Of a stretch of 64,000 nucleotides of DNA, positions 1 to 7,942 are shown piece by piece (position 1 is the first letter of the stretch; every line of letters starts with the position of its first letter). Made by a program: the position numbers and the translations under genes. A model generated the notes under the pieces. It saw nothing but the letters and a program-made list of their open reading frames with translations, was not told the DNA's origin and did not search any database. The stretch comes from Minisyncoccota bacterium (GTDB lineage Bacteria; Patescibacteriota; Patescibacteriia; SG8-24; DYFX01): NCBI GenBank assembly GCA_052034355.1, contig JBPOIQ010000002.1, positions 1,555 to 65,554 on the forward strand, written 5' to 3'.

Positions 1-501
1 CAGCATCAGGAAAAGAGCGGCGCCGATTTGCGCTACACTGATCCGGAAACCAACGAAAAATACCTGCCCCACGTCATTGAACCGTCGCTCGGCGTCGACC
101 GTACGCTGCTCGTCGTTATGCTCGAGGCCTATCACGAGGAACAGGCGCGCACCGCCGAGGAAGGGGAGACCGATCTTCGTGTCGTCATGCGTTTCCCGAA
201 AGCGCTCGCGCCTTTCAAGGTCGCGATGCTCCCGCTTTCCAAGAAGGAAGAGCTTTCCGTTCCGGCCCGCGCCCTGGCCGCCAAGCTCCGCCAGAAATGG
301 GCCGTCGACTATGATGAAACGCAGTCCATCGGCAAGCGCTACCGCCGCCAGGATGAAATCGGTACGCCGTACTGCGTCACCTACGACTTTGATTCGCTGA
401 ACGACCAATCGGTCACCGTGCGCGATCGCGACACGATGCAGCAGGAACGCGTGAAGATCGACGAGCTCGAAGGTTACATCACATCCAAGCTCGGCTTCTA
501 G
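1..501 (+). CDS. glyQS: glycine--tRNA ligase (class II alpha2-type), C-terminal anticodon-binding region; the 5' part of the gene lies upstream of the window
   Basis: Frame is open from nt 1 (the ORF track 28..501 starts at an internal TTG). The tail ...FPKALAPFKVAMLPLSKK...RYRRQDEIGTPYCVTYDF...VTVRDRDTMQQERVKIDELEGYI matches the conserved GlyRS C-terminus. Stop codon at 499-501. Confidence 0.7.
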   Translation, partial: QHQEKSGADLRYTDPETNEKYLPHVIEPSLGVDRTLLVVMLEAYHEEQARTAEEGETDLRVVMRFPKALAPFKVAMLPLSKKEELSVPARALAAKLRQKWAVDYDETQSIGKRYRRQDEIGTPYCVTYDFDSLNDQSVTVRDRDTMQQERVKIDELEGYITSKLGF

Positions 502-502
502 C

Positions 503-1783
503 ATGTCCTTGTTTCAAACAGCCAAACTCAAAAACGGCACGAGAGTGATTCTCGTGCCGTCGCGCGATACGCAGGCCGCCACCGTGCTGGTGCTCTTCGA
601 GGTCGGCAGCCGCTACGAGAACGGAAAACTCGCCGGCGCTTCGCATTTTGTCGAGCACATGATGTTCAAGGGTACCGAACGCCGCCCGACGACGATGGAT
701 ATCAGCCGCGACCTCGATTCCGTCGGCGCCGATTACAACGCGTTCACTGGAAAAGACCATACCGGGTATTACGTGAAGCTCAATGCTTCGCATATCGAGC
801 TGGCCGTCGACATGCTTCACGACATGCTTTTCCATTCCACGTATCGCGCCGAAGAAGTCGCGCGCGAACGCGGCGTCATCAAGGAGGAGATCAACATGTA
901 CGACGACAATCCGATCATGCGCGCCGAAGAGCTCTTGGAAGAATTGGTCTATGAAGGCACGCTCGGGCGGCCGATCGCCGGCACGCACGCCACGATGGAC
1001 GGCATCGGGAGAGATGAACTCCTTCGCTGGCGCGACCAGGCCTACGCGCCTTCCCGCATGATCGTCGCGGTCGCCGGCAAATTCGAACCGTCGGTTCTCG
1101 AGCTTCTCGAGAAGACCTTCGGTAGCGTGCAGGAGCCGAAAAAGAAGCTAAAAACTTACCCAGCCTCGCGTTTGCGGAGCGGCGGGGCTCGTCTTGCGCT
1201 ACAATATAAGGAGACCGAGCAGGTCCAGTTCGCTCTGGGCTTCCCGGGTTTGCCGTACGGGCACAAGGACGCCGCGGCGCTGTCGGTGCTGACGACGGTT
1301 TTGGGTGGAGGGATGTCGTCGCGCCTCTTTACGGAAGTGCGCGAACGGCGCGGCTTGGCGTATTCCGTGCACGCGAGCCTGAGCCCGTACCAGGACATCG
1401 GAAACTTCGCGATCCAAGCCGGCCTTATGAAGGCCAAGCTGGACGAAGGCATTACGGTGATCCTCAGGGAGCTCGGTAAGGCGGCGCAAAAGGGCGTGAC
1501 GGCGGAAGAGCTGAAGCGCGCGAAAGAATACATCAAGGGCAAGACGGTTCTCGGCCTCGAAGAATCGAGCGCGCTCGCGGAATTTTTCGCCAAGCAGGAA
1601 CTCTTGCAGAAAAAGATCCAGACGCCGGAAATGCGCTTGGAACGCATCGATAAGGTGACGCGCGAGGACGTGCTCTCTGTCGCCAAGAAGATGTTCCGCA
1701 CATCAGGACTCTCCGCCTCCTTGATCGGACCGTTCAAGGACAAGGCGCGATTCATGAAACTTCTTAAGATTCCGACGCGATAA
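503..1783 (+). CDS. M16 family zinc metallopeptidase (insulinase/PqqL-like)
   Basis: Inverted zincin motif HFVEHMMFKGTERR (HxxEH) near the N-terminus. 426 aa with the two-domain M16 layout. Start is 2 nt after the glyQS stop. Confidence 0.8.
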   Translation: MSLFQTAKLKNGTRVILVPSRDTQAATVLVLFEVGSRYENGKLAGASHFVEHMMFKGTERRPTTMDISRDLDSVGADYNAFTGKDHTGYYVKLNASHIELAVDMLHDMLFHSTYRAEEVARERGVIKEEINMYDDNPIMRAEELLEELVYEGTLGRPIAGTHATMDGIGRDELLRWRDQAYAPSRMIVAVAGKFEPSVLELLEKTFGSVQEPKKKLKTYPASRLRSGGARLALQYKETEQVQFALGFPGLPYGHKDAAALSVLTTVLGGGMSSRLFTEVRERRGLAYSVHASLSPYQDIGNFAIQAGLMKAKLDEGITVILRELGKAAQKGVTAEELKRAKEYIKGKTVLGLEESSALAEFFAKQELLQKKIQTPEMRLERIDKVTREDVLSVAKKMFRTSGLSASLIGPFKDKARFMKLLKIPTR

Positions 1784-1786
1784 CAT

Positions 1787-2539
1787 ATGCGCAAGCTGTT
1801 TTTCGCCAACTGGAAAATGTACCTGAGCGATGCCGATGCGGAAGCGTTGGCTCGCCAGTTTTTGGACGCGGCGCTCGAAGCGCGCGTCGACGTCGCGATC
1901 GCTCCGGGCTTCACAGCTCTCGATCGCGTCGCTCGCGTGCTTCGAGGCTCTCCGGTCTCGCTCGGCGCGCAGAACGTCTTTTGGATGGATGGGGGAGCGT
2001 ATACGGGTGAAGTTTCCCCGCATCAATTGACGGCGCTCGGAACCCGGTACGTGATCCTTGGACACTCCGAACGCCGGGCGTATCTCGGCGAGACGAACGA
2101 CATGATCGCGAAAAAAACCAAGGCGGCTATGGAGGCCGGATTGATCCCGGTCCTGTGCGTCGGCGAGACGAAAGAAGAGCGGGAAGCCGGGCGCCAAGAG
2201 GCGGTCGTCGGCGAGCAGCTTGAGATTGCGCTTGCCGGCGCGCGTATTTCTGCCGAACGGCCGCTTGTCGTTGCCTACGAGCCGCGCTGGGCGATCGGCA
2301 CGGGTACGCCCTGCAAGCCCGAGGATGTCACTGCAATGCACGGCCACATCCGCTCCGTCATCGACGCGCTTTTGGATGGTGATGCGTTGTCGTACGTCCG
2401 CGTGCTGTATGGAGGTTCCGTCGACGCTTCGAACGCCGAGTCGTTTCTCGAGCTTCCGGCGGTTGACGGCATGTTGGTCGGTGGAGCAAGCGCTCGCCCT
2501 GCTGACGTGCGCGCGTTGTTCGATCTTCTTTCTCGCTGA
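1787..2539 (+). CDS. tpiA: triose-phosphate isomerase
   Basis: N-terminal NWKM motif (FFANWKMYLS), ...VILGHSERR..., ...CVGETKEERE..., and the YEPRWAIGTG, YGGSV C-terminal motifs are all TIM hallmarks. Confidence 0.9.
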   Translation: MRKLFFANWKMYLSDADAEALARQFLDAALEARVDVAIAPGFTALDRVARVLRGSPVSLGAQNVFWMDGGAYTGEVSPHQLTALGTRYVILGHSERRAYLGETNDMIAKKTKAAMEAGLIPVLCVGETKEEREAGRQEAVVGEQLEIALAGARISAERPLVVAYEPRWAIGTGTPCKPEDVTAMHGHIRSVIDALLDGDALSYVRVLYGGSVDASNAESFLELPAVDGMLVGGASARPADVRALFDLLSR

Positions 2540-2541
2540 GT

Positions 2542-3444
2542 ATGTGGACCATCGTCGGCATTTTGCTCGTGCTCTCCGGCCTCGCGCTGATTTACGGCGT
2601 GCTGGTGAAAAAATTTCCTCAGCTCAAGCTGATCGATCTTTCCACGCTTGCCAAAGAGCGGCATGAGGCGGTCAAAAAACGCATCATGCAGGATCGTTTC
2701 GAACGTTCGCTCGGAAAAATCCAAGGCAAGACCAACGAAGCAGTCGATGCCGCGTCTTCGCGCGTCAAAAATTGGTTTGAACGCGCACAGGACAAGTTGA
2801 AGGGGATGGAAGCGCGCATGGACGGGCATGTCCGAAAGCCGACGACTGCGGCGGAGCATGCCAAGGCGGCCGCCCGCCTGCCGGATCTTTTAGACCAAGC
2901 CGATCATGCGCGGCTTGAGGAGCGTTACGAAGAGGCAGAGAAGCTCTATATCGAGGCGCTCAAGGCCGACGCGAAGAACGTTGAGGCCTATCGCGGGTTG
3001 GCCGAGCTGTACCTCGCGCAAAAGCAGCCGGATCAGGCGGCGGAAATCCTCGAGTTTTTGCTCCGTTTGCAAAGTGACGACGATCGCGCGTTGGGGCGCT
3101 TGGGGCAGATCGAGGCCGGTCGTGGAAACTTCGAGGAGGCCGAGGCACGCTACCTGCGTTCTATCGAGCTTACGGCCGGTGCGACGGTCTATCGCGCCGA
3201 ATTAGGAAGGGTCTACCTGACCCAGGGAGACGGCCGGAAAGCGGCCGACCAGTTCCGTATGGCGCTCCAGGCCGAACCGCACAATCCCAAGTACCTTGAT
3301 TATTTTTTGGAGGCGAGTATACTCGTAGGCGACGCAGACGCGGCTCGGGAAGCCCTTTCGGCCCTGGAAGAGGTGAACCCTGAAAACGCCAAGCTCGAGG
3401 AGTTCCGAGGTCGGATCTCCGAAATGACCGTAAAAACCTCATAG
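2542..3444 (+). CDS. membrane-anchored TPR-repeat protein
   Basis: N-terminal transmembrane (TM) helix (IVGILLVLSGLALIYGVLV) followed by a helical region with TPR-like repeats (AYRGLAELYLAQKQPDQAAEILEF..., AELGRVYLTQGDGRKAADQF...). Confidence 0.55.
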   Translation: MWTIVGILLVLSGLALIYGVLVKKFPQLKLIDLSTLAKERHEAVKKRIMQDRFERSLGKIQGKTNEAVDAASSRVKNWFERAQDKLKGMEARMDGHVRKPTTAAEHAKAAARLPDLLDQADHARLEERYEEAEKLYIEALKADAKNVEAYRGLAELYLAQKQPDQAAEILEFLLRLQSDDDRALGRLGQIEAGRGNFEEAEARYLRSIELTAGATVYRAELGRVYLTQGDGRKAADQFRMALQAEPHNPKYLDYFLEASILVGDADAAREALSALEEVNPENAKLEEFRGRISEMTVKTS

Positions 3445-3557
3445 AACGACCGATCCTGGCTTGGATCGGCCCGTAAGCGGGCCGAGGAGGATCGGCCGGT
3501 ATGCAGACGCGAGCATGGTTTGACCATGCGCGCGAGGACGTGCCGGACAAGCAGTAA

Positions 3558-3633
3558 GCCGACGTAGCTCAGTTGGTAGAGCGTGTCCATGGTAAGGACA
3601 AGGTCACCGGTTCAATCCCGGTCGTCGGCTCCA
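3558..3633 (+). tRNA. tRNA-Thr (anticodon GGT)
   Basis: Cloverleaf folds by eye: acceptor GCCGACG/CGTCGGC, D-arm GCTC-AGTTGGTA-GAGC, anticodon stem TGTCC/GGACA with loop ATGGTAA, T-loop TTCAATC, CCA encoded. Confidence 0.85.
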
Positions 3634-3734
3634 TCGAAAAACATCCTGCGCGATCGCGCAGGATACGCTAAACCGCCATCAAGGCTGGGTTTGCCCAGCT
3701 GCGAAGGAGGAGCAGCGTGCCCGGCAAGCGACGT

Positions 3735-3821
3735 GGGCAGTTACTCAAGCGGTCAACGAGGGCAGACTGTAAATCTGCTGGCCTTGTGCCTTCCAAGGTT
3801 CGAATCCTTGACTGCCCACCA
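3735..3821 (+). tRNA. tRNA-Tyr (anticodon GTA), type II with long variable arm
   Basis: GGGCAGT...GCAGACTGTAAATCTGC...long variable arm...AAGGTTCGAATCCTTG-ACTGCCC-A-CCA. Anticodon loop CTGTAAA. Confidence 0.85.
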
Positions 3822-3883
3822 GGGCATAGCGTTTCACGGGAGTGGAGCGCTGCGTCCTGCACGAAAAAACGGCGAAAGGCTGC

Positions 3884-3959
3884 GCCACCTTAGCTCAGCT
3901 GGTAGAGCACCAGTTTTGTAAACTGACGGTCCTGGGTTCGAGTCCCAGAGGTGGCTCCA
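3884..3959 (+). tRNA. tRNA-Thr (anticodon TGT)
   Basis: Acceptor GCCACCT/AGGTGGC, D-arm GCTC-AGCTGGTA-GAGC, anticodon loop TTTGTAA, T-arm CTGGG-TTCGAGT-CCCAG, CCA encoded. One A-C mismatch at the base of the anticodon stem. Confidence 0.8.
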
Positions 3960-4054
3960 CCCCCCCAGATCTACCCAAAAACCCGAGAAGTAAGCTACTC
4001 TTGACGTCAGAACCGTCTTCGAGTATCCTTCTCCTATCATTCACCGCAGTTGCT

Positions 4055-4210
4055 ATGTCCCAGGACAACCTCATCAAACTCGAGTGCACCGAGTGCAAGC
4101 GGGCCAATTACCACTCCCACAAGAACAAGAAGAAGCTCAAAGCCCGTATTGAGCTCAAAAAGCACTGCGAGTGGTGCAAAAAGCACACGGTCCACAAGGA
4201 GACCAAGTAA
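4055..4210 (+). CDS. rpmG: 50S ribosomal protein L33
   Basis: 51-aa product [51 protein letters not shown] with the L33 zinc-ribbon Cys pairs. ATG at 4055 is internal to ORF-track 3842..4210. Confidence 0.85.
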   Translation: MSQDNLIKLECTECKRANYHSHKNKKKLKARIELKKHCEWCKKHTVHKETK

Positions 4211-4217
4211 AAAACAT

Positions 4218-4240
4218 CCCCCGAAAGGGGGTTGTTTTTT
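4218..4240 (+). terminator. intrinsic terminator after rpmG
   Basis: GC stem CCCCCGAAAGGGGG followed by TTGTTTTTT. Confidence 0.75.
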
Positions 4241-4263
4241 ATGGTACTGTAGAGGCTCATCTA

Positions 4264-4661
4264 TGGAGCGCGCGTATTTTGAATCTCTCGCTTCCAAAGC
4301 CTTCAGCTCGATCCCTGAGCGTTTTTTGAAACGGCTCGGCAATGTCGTGATTCTCGTTGAAGATCGTCCGACGCCAGAACAGAATGCGGTCGGTGCGCAC
4401 GAAGGCGAGGAAGACCTCGACATCCTCGGCCTCTATGAAGGCACGCCGCTCACCGAGCTGCCGGGCGACCCGAGCGGCACGCTTCCGGATGTCATCGCCC
4501 TGTTTCAAATACCGATCGAGGAAGAAGCGGAAAGCTCGGGACTCGAACCGTTTGTCGTGATTCGCCAAACGCTCATTCACGAGATCGGCCATCATTTCGG
4601 CCTGGACGACGAAGAGATCGAAAAGATATTTGAGGAGAGGTGGGAGAATGATGACAAATGA
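4264..4661 (+). CDS. small zinc metallopeptidase-family protein (HExxH; DUF1025/MPMin-like)
   Basis: 132 aa from ATG 4264 (internal to ORF-track 4050..4661). Motif LIHEIGHHFGLDDEE. Confidence 0.6.
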
Positions 4662-4729
4662 AAACCGACGGTGCAGTGACCGTCGGTTTTCCATGGCAGG
4701 TGCAACAGAGGAGATTCGGCCACCTGTCC

Positions 4730-5029
4730 TCATGTCGTATATCTCTCATCTAGATTGACTTGTAGTTTGGAAAGCACGGGGTTGGGGATGTTGTCTCGAA
4801 CGCGCTTAATGTCAGCATCTGAGACAACTGAACGGGCAAACTCGCTTATCCAGGTCGAATCTGATCCTGATAGCAGTGCGAATCGGACCGCGTCTCCCGT
4901 TTCCTCATTTTCGACGAGTAAGTTCTGATCGTTTTGATTCGCAAATTTCCTCAACCGTCCACGAAGCATTATGCCATGCAGCGACGAGATCGATCTGATT
5001 TCGTAGATATCCCAATAGAGAAGATTCAT
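4730..5029 (-). CDS. hypothetical protein (low-GC cassette)
   Basis: 99-aa ORF 13 nt downstream of the GIY-YIG gene on the same strand. Local GC is clearly lower than the surroundings. No recognisable motif. Confidence 0.35.
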   Translation of the reverse strand: MNLLYWDIYEIRSISSLHGIMLRGRLRKFANQNDQNLLVENEETGDAVRFALLSGSDSTWISEFARSVVSDADIKRVRDNIPNPVLSKLQVNLDERYTT

Positions 5030-5041
5030 ATCTTTGTCATC

Positions 5042-5311
5042 TTAACACAGAGGTTTATGCAAGCCAGCCTTGATCCGATTCAACAACGGAACCGCTATCG
5101 ACCCGCTTGTCTTCACAGATGCCTCCCGTCGGCGTGCTGCTTCTTCAGTTACGTAGGCTTCGTAATACACCAGCCGGTACGGACGGCGCGGTTTGGTCGA
5201 GGTTACGGAGCCATCGTTGTGTTCTACGAATCTGCGACGCAAGTCTCCGCTTGAGCCTTTGTAGAAATAGGCCGGTTCCTTTTGGCTTTGTAGGATGTAG
5301 AAATACCACAT
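5042..5311 (-). CDS. GIY-YIG nuclease family protein (YhbQ/UPF0213-like, standalone ~90 aa)
   Basis: WYFYILQSQKEPAYFYKGSSGDLRRRFVEHNDG...YRLVYYEAYVTEEAARRREASVK reproduces the GIY..YIG..R..H..E core of standalone GIY-YIG proteins. Confidence 0.7.
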   Translation of the reverse strand: MWYFYILQSQKEPAYFYKGSSGDLRRRFVEHNDGSVTSTKPRRPYRLVYYEAYVTEEAARRREASVKTSGSIAVPLLNRIKAGLHKPLC

Positions 5312-5330
5312 ATGCCAGCTGACCTATAAC

Positions 5331-5363
5331 AAAAGCGTACCGCCATGCAAGGGGTACGCTTTT
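5331..5363. terminator. strong hairpin flanked by an A-run and a T-run (bidirectional-type terminator)
   Basis: AAAAGCGTACC-gccatgcaagg-GGTACGCTTTT. Lies between the tRNA-Trp 3' side and the GIY-YIG start on the minus strand. Confidence 0.6.
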
Positions 5364-5467
5364 GTAGCTGCGTCGGGAGCCAACGAAGCGCGGCCTGCAT
5401 GTTATGGTGGGCTACCCATAGGTAACCCGCCGTACGTGGCAGGCCACGTCGATCGCGAACGACGGGG

Positions 5468-5538
5468 CCGAGGCGGTACGAATCGAACCCACCACAAGGG
5501 TTTTGGAGACCCTTGTGATACCATTTCACCACGCCCCC
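5468..5538 (-). tRNA. tRNA-Trp (anticodon CCA) candidate with imperfect T-stem and acceptor pairing (possibly a low-scoring or pseudo tRNA)
   Basis: Minus strand reads GGGGGCG-TG-GTGA-AATGGTA-TCAC-A-AGGGT-CTCCAAA-ACCCT-TGTG-GTGGG-TTCGATT-CGTAC-CGCCTCG-G. D-arm and anticodon arm are canonical. The T-stem has one G-G mismatch and acceptor pair 1-72 is G-G. Confidence 0.45.
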
Positions 5539-5611
5539 GTGGTTTTTGATCAACGCCAGACTATCATTTTCCCGTTTTTTTGGCAACGATAGGAGGAGGT
5601 TTCGACGCGTT

Positions 5612-5654
5612 GAGGAGGGGTGAGCGAAGCTTTGCTAACGAGGAGGGGTGAGCG
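5612..5654. repeat. two copies of a 15-nt direct repeat GAGGAGGGGTGAGCG (5612-5626 and 5640-5654) in the divergent tRNA-Trp / ung upstream region
   Basis: Exact 15/15 identity with 28-nt spacing. A TTGACG(-35)-like box and TTGTAAT follow before the ung ATG. Confidence 0.5.
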
Positions 5655-5694
5655 GCTTGACGCGAGGCTCTCTTTTCCTTTGTAATGGAGACGT

Positions 5695-6402
5695 ATGGAC
5701 GTGCGACTTGAACCCTCTTGGAAGGAACAGTTGAAGGAGGAGTTTGAGAAGCCGTATTTCACGCGTCTCGCCGATTTCGTGCGTCAGGAATACAAAACGA
5801 AAGCGGTGTATCCGGCCCCGAAGGATATCTTCGCGGCGCTTGAGTCGGTGCCGTTCGATCGGGTACGCGTCGTCGTGCTCGGCCAAGACCCGTATCACGG
5901 TCCTGGGCAGGCGCACGGGCTCTGCTTCTCGGTTCCGGAGGGCGTGCCGAAACCGCCGTCGCTTCAGAACGTCTTCAAAGAAATCAAAAGCGACCTTGAA
6001 TTGCCGGTTCCGGAAAATGGGAATCTGCAGCACTGGGCCGACCAAGGCGTGCTCCTGCTAAATGCGACGCTCACGGTCGTGAGCGGTCAAGCCGCTTCAC
6101 ATCAGGGTAAAGGGTGGGAAGAGTTTACGGACACGATCGTCAAAAAACTGAACGATGGCCGAAAGGAGCTCGTCTTCCTTCTCTGGGGCGCGTATGCCCA
6201 GAAGAAGGGCGCGCATATCGACCGTAAGAAGCACTTGGTTCTCGAAGCGCCGCATCCTTCGCCGCTCTCGGCGCATAATGGATTCTTTGGTTGCCGGCAT
6301 TTCAGCAAGGCGAACGCGTATTTGCTCGAGCGCGACCAAGCGCCGATTCAATGGATAAAAAACGCACCGAATGAAATCGACGTGCAAAGCGTCGGTTGGT
6401 AA
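5695..6402 (+). CDS. ung: uracil-DNA glycosylase (family 1)
   Basis: VVLGQDPYHGPGQAHGLCFSV (water-activating loop), LLLNATLTV, HPSPLSA (the Leu-intercalation loop HPSPLS). Confidence 0.9.
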   Translation: MDVRLEPSWKEQLKEEFEKPYFTRLADFVRQEYKTKAVYPAPKDIFAALESVPFDRVRVVVLGQDPYHGPGQAHGLCFSVPEGVPKPPSLQNVFKEIKSDLELPVPENGNLQHWADQGVLLLNATLTVVSGQAASHQGKGWEEFTDTIVKKLNDGRKELVFLLWGAYAQKKGAHIDRKKHLVLEAPHPSPLSAHNGFFGCRHFSKANAYLLERDQAPIQWIKNAPNEIDVQSVGW

Positions 6403-6926
6403 CGCCTATGTCGCTTGAACTCAATCGATCGGAACTGGAACGCGCCCTCGAACTCGCGGCGCTCGGCGACCGGCTGATCAACGGCCATCGTCCGGAGGAA
6501 GAGCGCTCGGCGATGCATGACGCACCTCTTCAAAAACTCCTCGCACTCGCCGAGGAGGAAGGGTTGGGGTACCTCGTTGCCGTAAACGAACGCACAGGTG
6601 AACTGAAACCGTCCGAAGCGCTCATGGCGCGCTTGGCGCTCGCCGGATACGTCGCCGACTACGACGACTGCGTGTTCTGGGATGAACTTGCGATCCGCCT
6701 TGCGGAGCGCGACGTGCGCGCCGAGCTCGGAGCTGCGGTTTTTGACGCGCTGCCGCCGCATGAACGCCATGAACGCGTCGATGCGCTCGCGGAGACATAC
6801 GATCGCGAGTTCGATGTCCGCGGCGTCGATCGTCTCAGGCTTGAGCGCGCGCGCCGGGCCCGGGCCGTGCGCGACGGGCTCACCGAACGCCTTCTTAAAC
6901 TTTTCGATGACAACGAGAAACAATGA
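6396..6926 (+). CDS. hypothetical protein (charged, helical; Ala/Leu/Arg/Glu-rich)
   Basis: 176-aa ORF overlapping the ung stop by 7 nt and overlapping the next gene start by 4 nt. No recognisable motif. Confidence 0.45.
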   Translation: MVTPMSLELNRSELERALELAALGDRLINGHRPEEERSAMHDAPLQKLLALAEEEGLGYLVAVNERTGELKPSEALMARLALAGYVADYDDCVFWDELAIRLAERDVRAELGAAVFDALPPHERHERVDALAETYDREFDVRGVDRLRLERARRARAVRDGLTERLLKLFDDNEKQ

Positions 6927-7510
6927 AGCTGATTGAATTCGTCGGCATGCCGAGAAGCGGCAAGTCCACGCAAGCGGAATTGCTCAAGAAGGCGCTTGAG
7001 ACGCATGGAAAGTCGGTGCTGCTTTTGACCGACCGCGAGCACATGGCGCGCATGAACGTGCCGCCGCAAGAATCGCTGGCGTTCGCTTTGGGCTATTACG
7101 GTCAGCTGCTCGATTCCTACTATACCTATAAGGACAAGGCCGACGTTATGATCATTGATCGTGGCTGGAGCGACGCGGCGGTTTGGGCGGACGTGTATCG
7201 CGCCACGAAAGTCGTGACGGAGGACGAGGCGCAAGCGCTGATCGGCTGTTTCGGCCGTTTTGCCCGCTTGGCCACGGCCGTTGTCGTCATGCGCCTTGCG
7301 CCGGAGACGTCGCTTGAGCGTCACGGGTCCGCTTTGCATGAACGCGTCGACGAGGTCGCCATGAATCCGGAATGGCTGGCGGCGCTTTTTGAGGCATACG
7401 AAAAGAGAAAGAAGACGTTTACGAATCCGGTCGAAATTGACGGCACGCTTCAGCCGGAAGAAGCGCACGCGCGCATCATGGATTTTTTGGAGTCCACCGA
7501 TTCGATTTGA
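6923..7510 (+). CDS. P-loop nucleoside/nucleotide kinase, thymidylate-kinase-like
   Basis: Walker A GMPRSGKST, DR motif IIDRGWSD, and a LID-like LAPETSLERHGS resembling Tmk DVTPEVGLKRARARG. Divergent, so tmk assignment is tentative. Confidence 0.5.
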   Translation: MKLIEFVGMPRSGKSTQAELLKKALETHGKSVLLLTDREHMARMNVPPQESLAFALGYYGQLLDSYYTYKDKADVMIIDRGWSDAAVWADVYRATKVVTEDEAQALIGCFGRFARLATAVVVMRLAPETSLERHGSALHERVDEVAMNPEWLAALFEAYEKRKKTFTNPVEIDGTLQPEEAHARIMDFLESTDSI

Positions 7511-7529
7511 GAAAAGAAAAAGACCGCGC

Positions 7530-7910
7530 TTAGGCGGCCTGTTGGTAGAACCAAGGCGTTTTGTGGCCGGGAAAGTCGACGTGCACGCACGTCGGAATCT
7601 TCGGCAGGCATTGCTTCTTGTCGAGCTTGCCAGCCATCGCTAGCGTGGCGCGCCAGCCTTCTTGGGCCTCGGCGAGTGTAGCGAACTCCCAGACGCGCGA
7701 GCCGACGTCGTTGAAGTACACGTGGATCACGAACCGTGGCCGGGCGTCAGGCGGGTCATCGATCTCCAGCAGTTCCTGGTAGCCCTGCACGTCGGCTTCG
7801 CAGTTCGTACACGCGTATTGGTGCTGCGTCATCGCAGACAATGCTCGCATGCCGTACCATCCATGCCAGACGATTTCGCCGGCAGGCGTTTTCTTTCCGA
7901 TGGATTGCAA
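7530..7910 (-). CDS. hypothetical Cys-containing small protein
   Basis: 126-aa ORF with Cys pairs (CTNC ... C...C). No known motif recognised. Confidence 0.4.
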   Translation of the reverse strand: MQSIGKKTPAGEIVWHGWYGMRALSAMTQHQYACTNCEADVQGYQELLEIDDPPDARPRFVIHVYFNDVGSRVWEFATLAEAQEGWRATLAMAGKLDKKQCLPKIPTCVHVDFPGHKTPWFYQQAA

Positions 7911-7942
7911 GGTTCACCTCCTTGCCGTGGACCCTACCTCAA

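Noticed and set aside
5042-5311. GIY-YIG gene as a homing endonuclease of a group I intron in the nearby tRNA
   Set aside because: The protein is the short YhbQ/UPF0213 type, not I-TevI-like. It lies outside the tRNA-Trp, and no intron-like insertion is evident within the tRNA.
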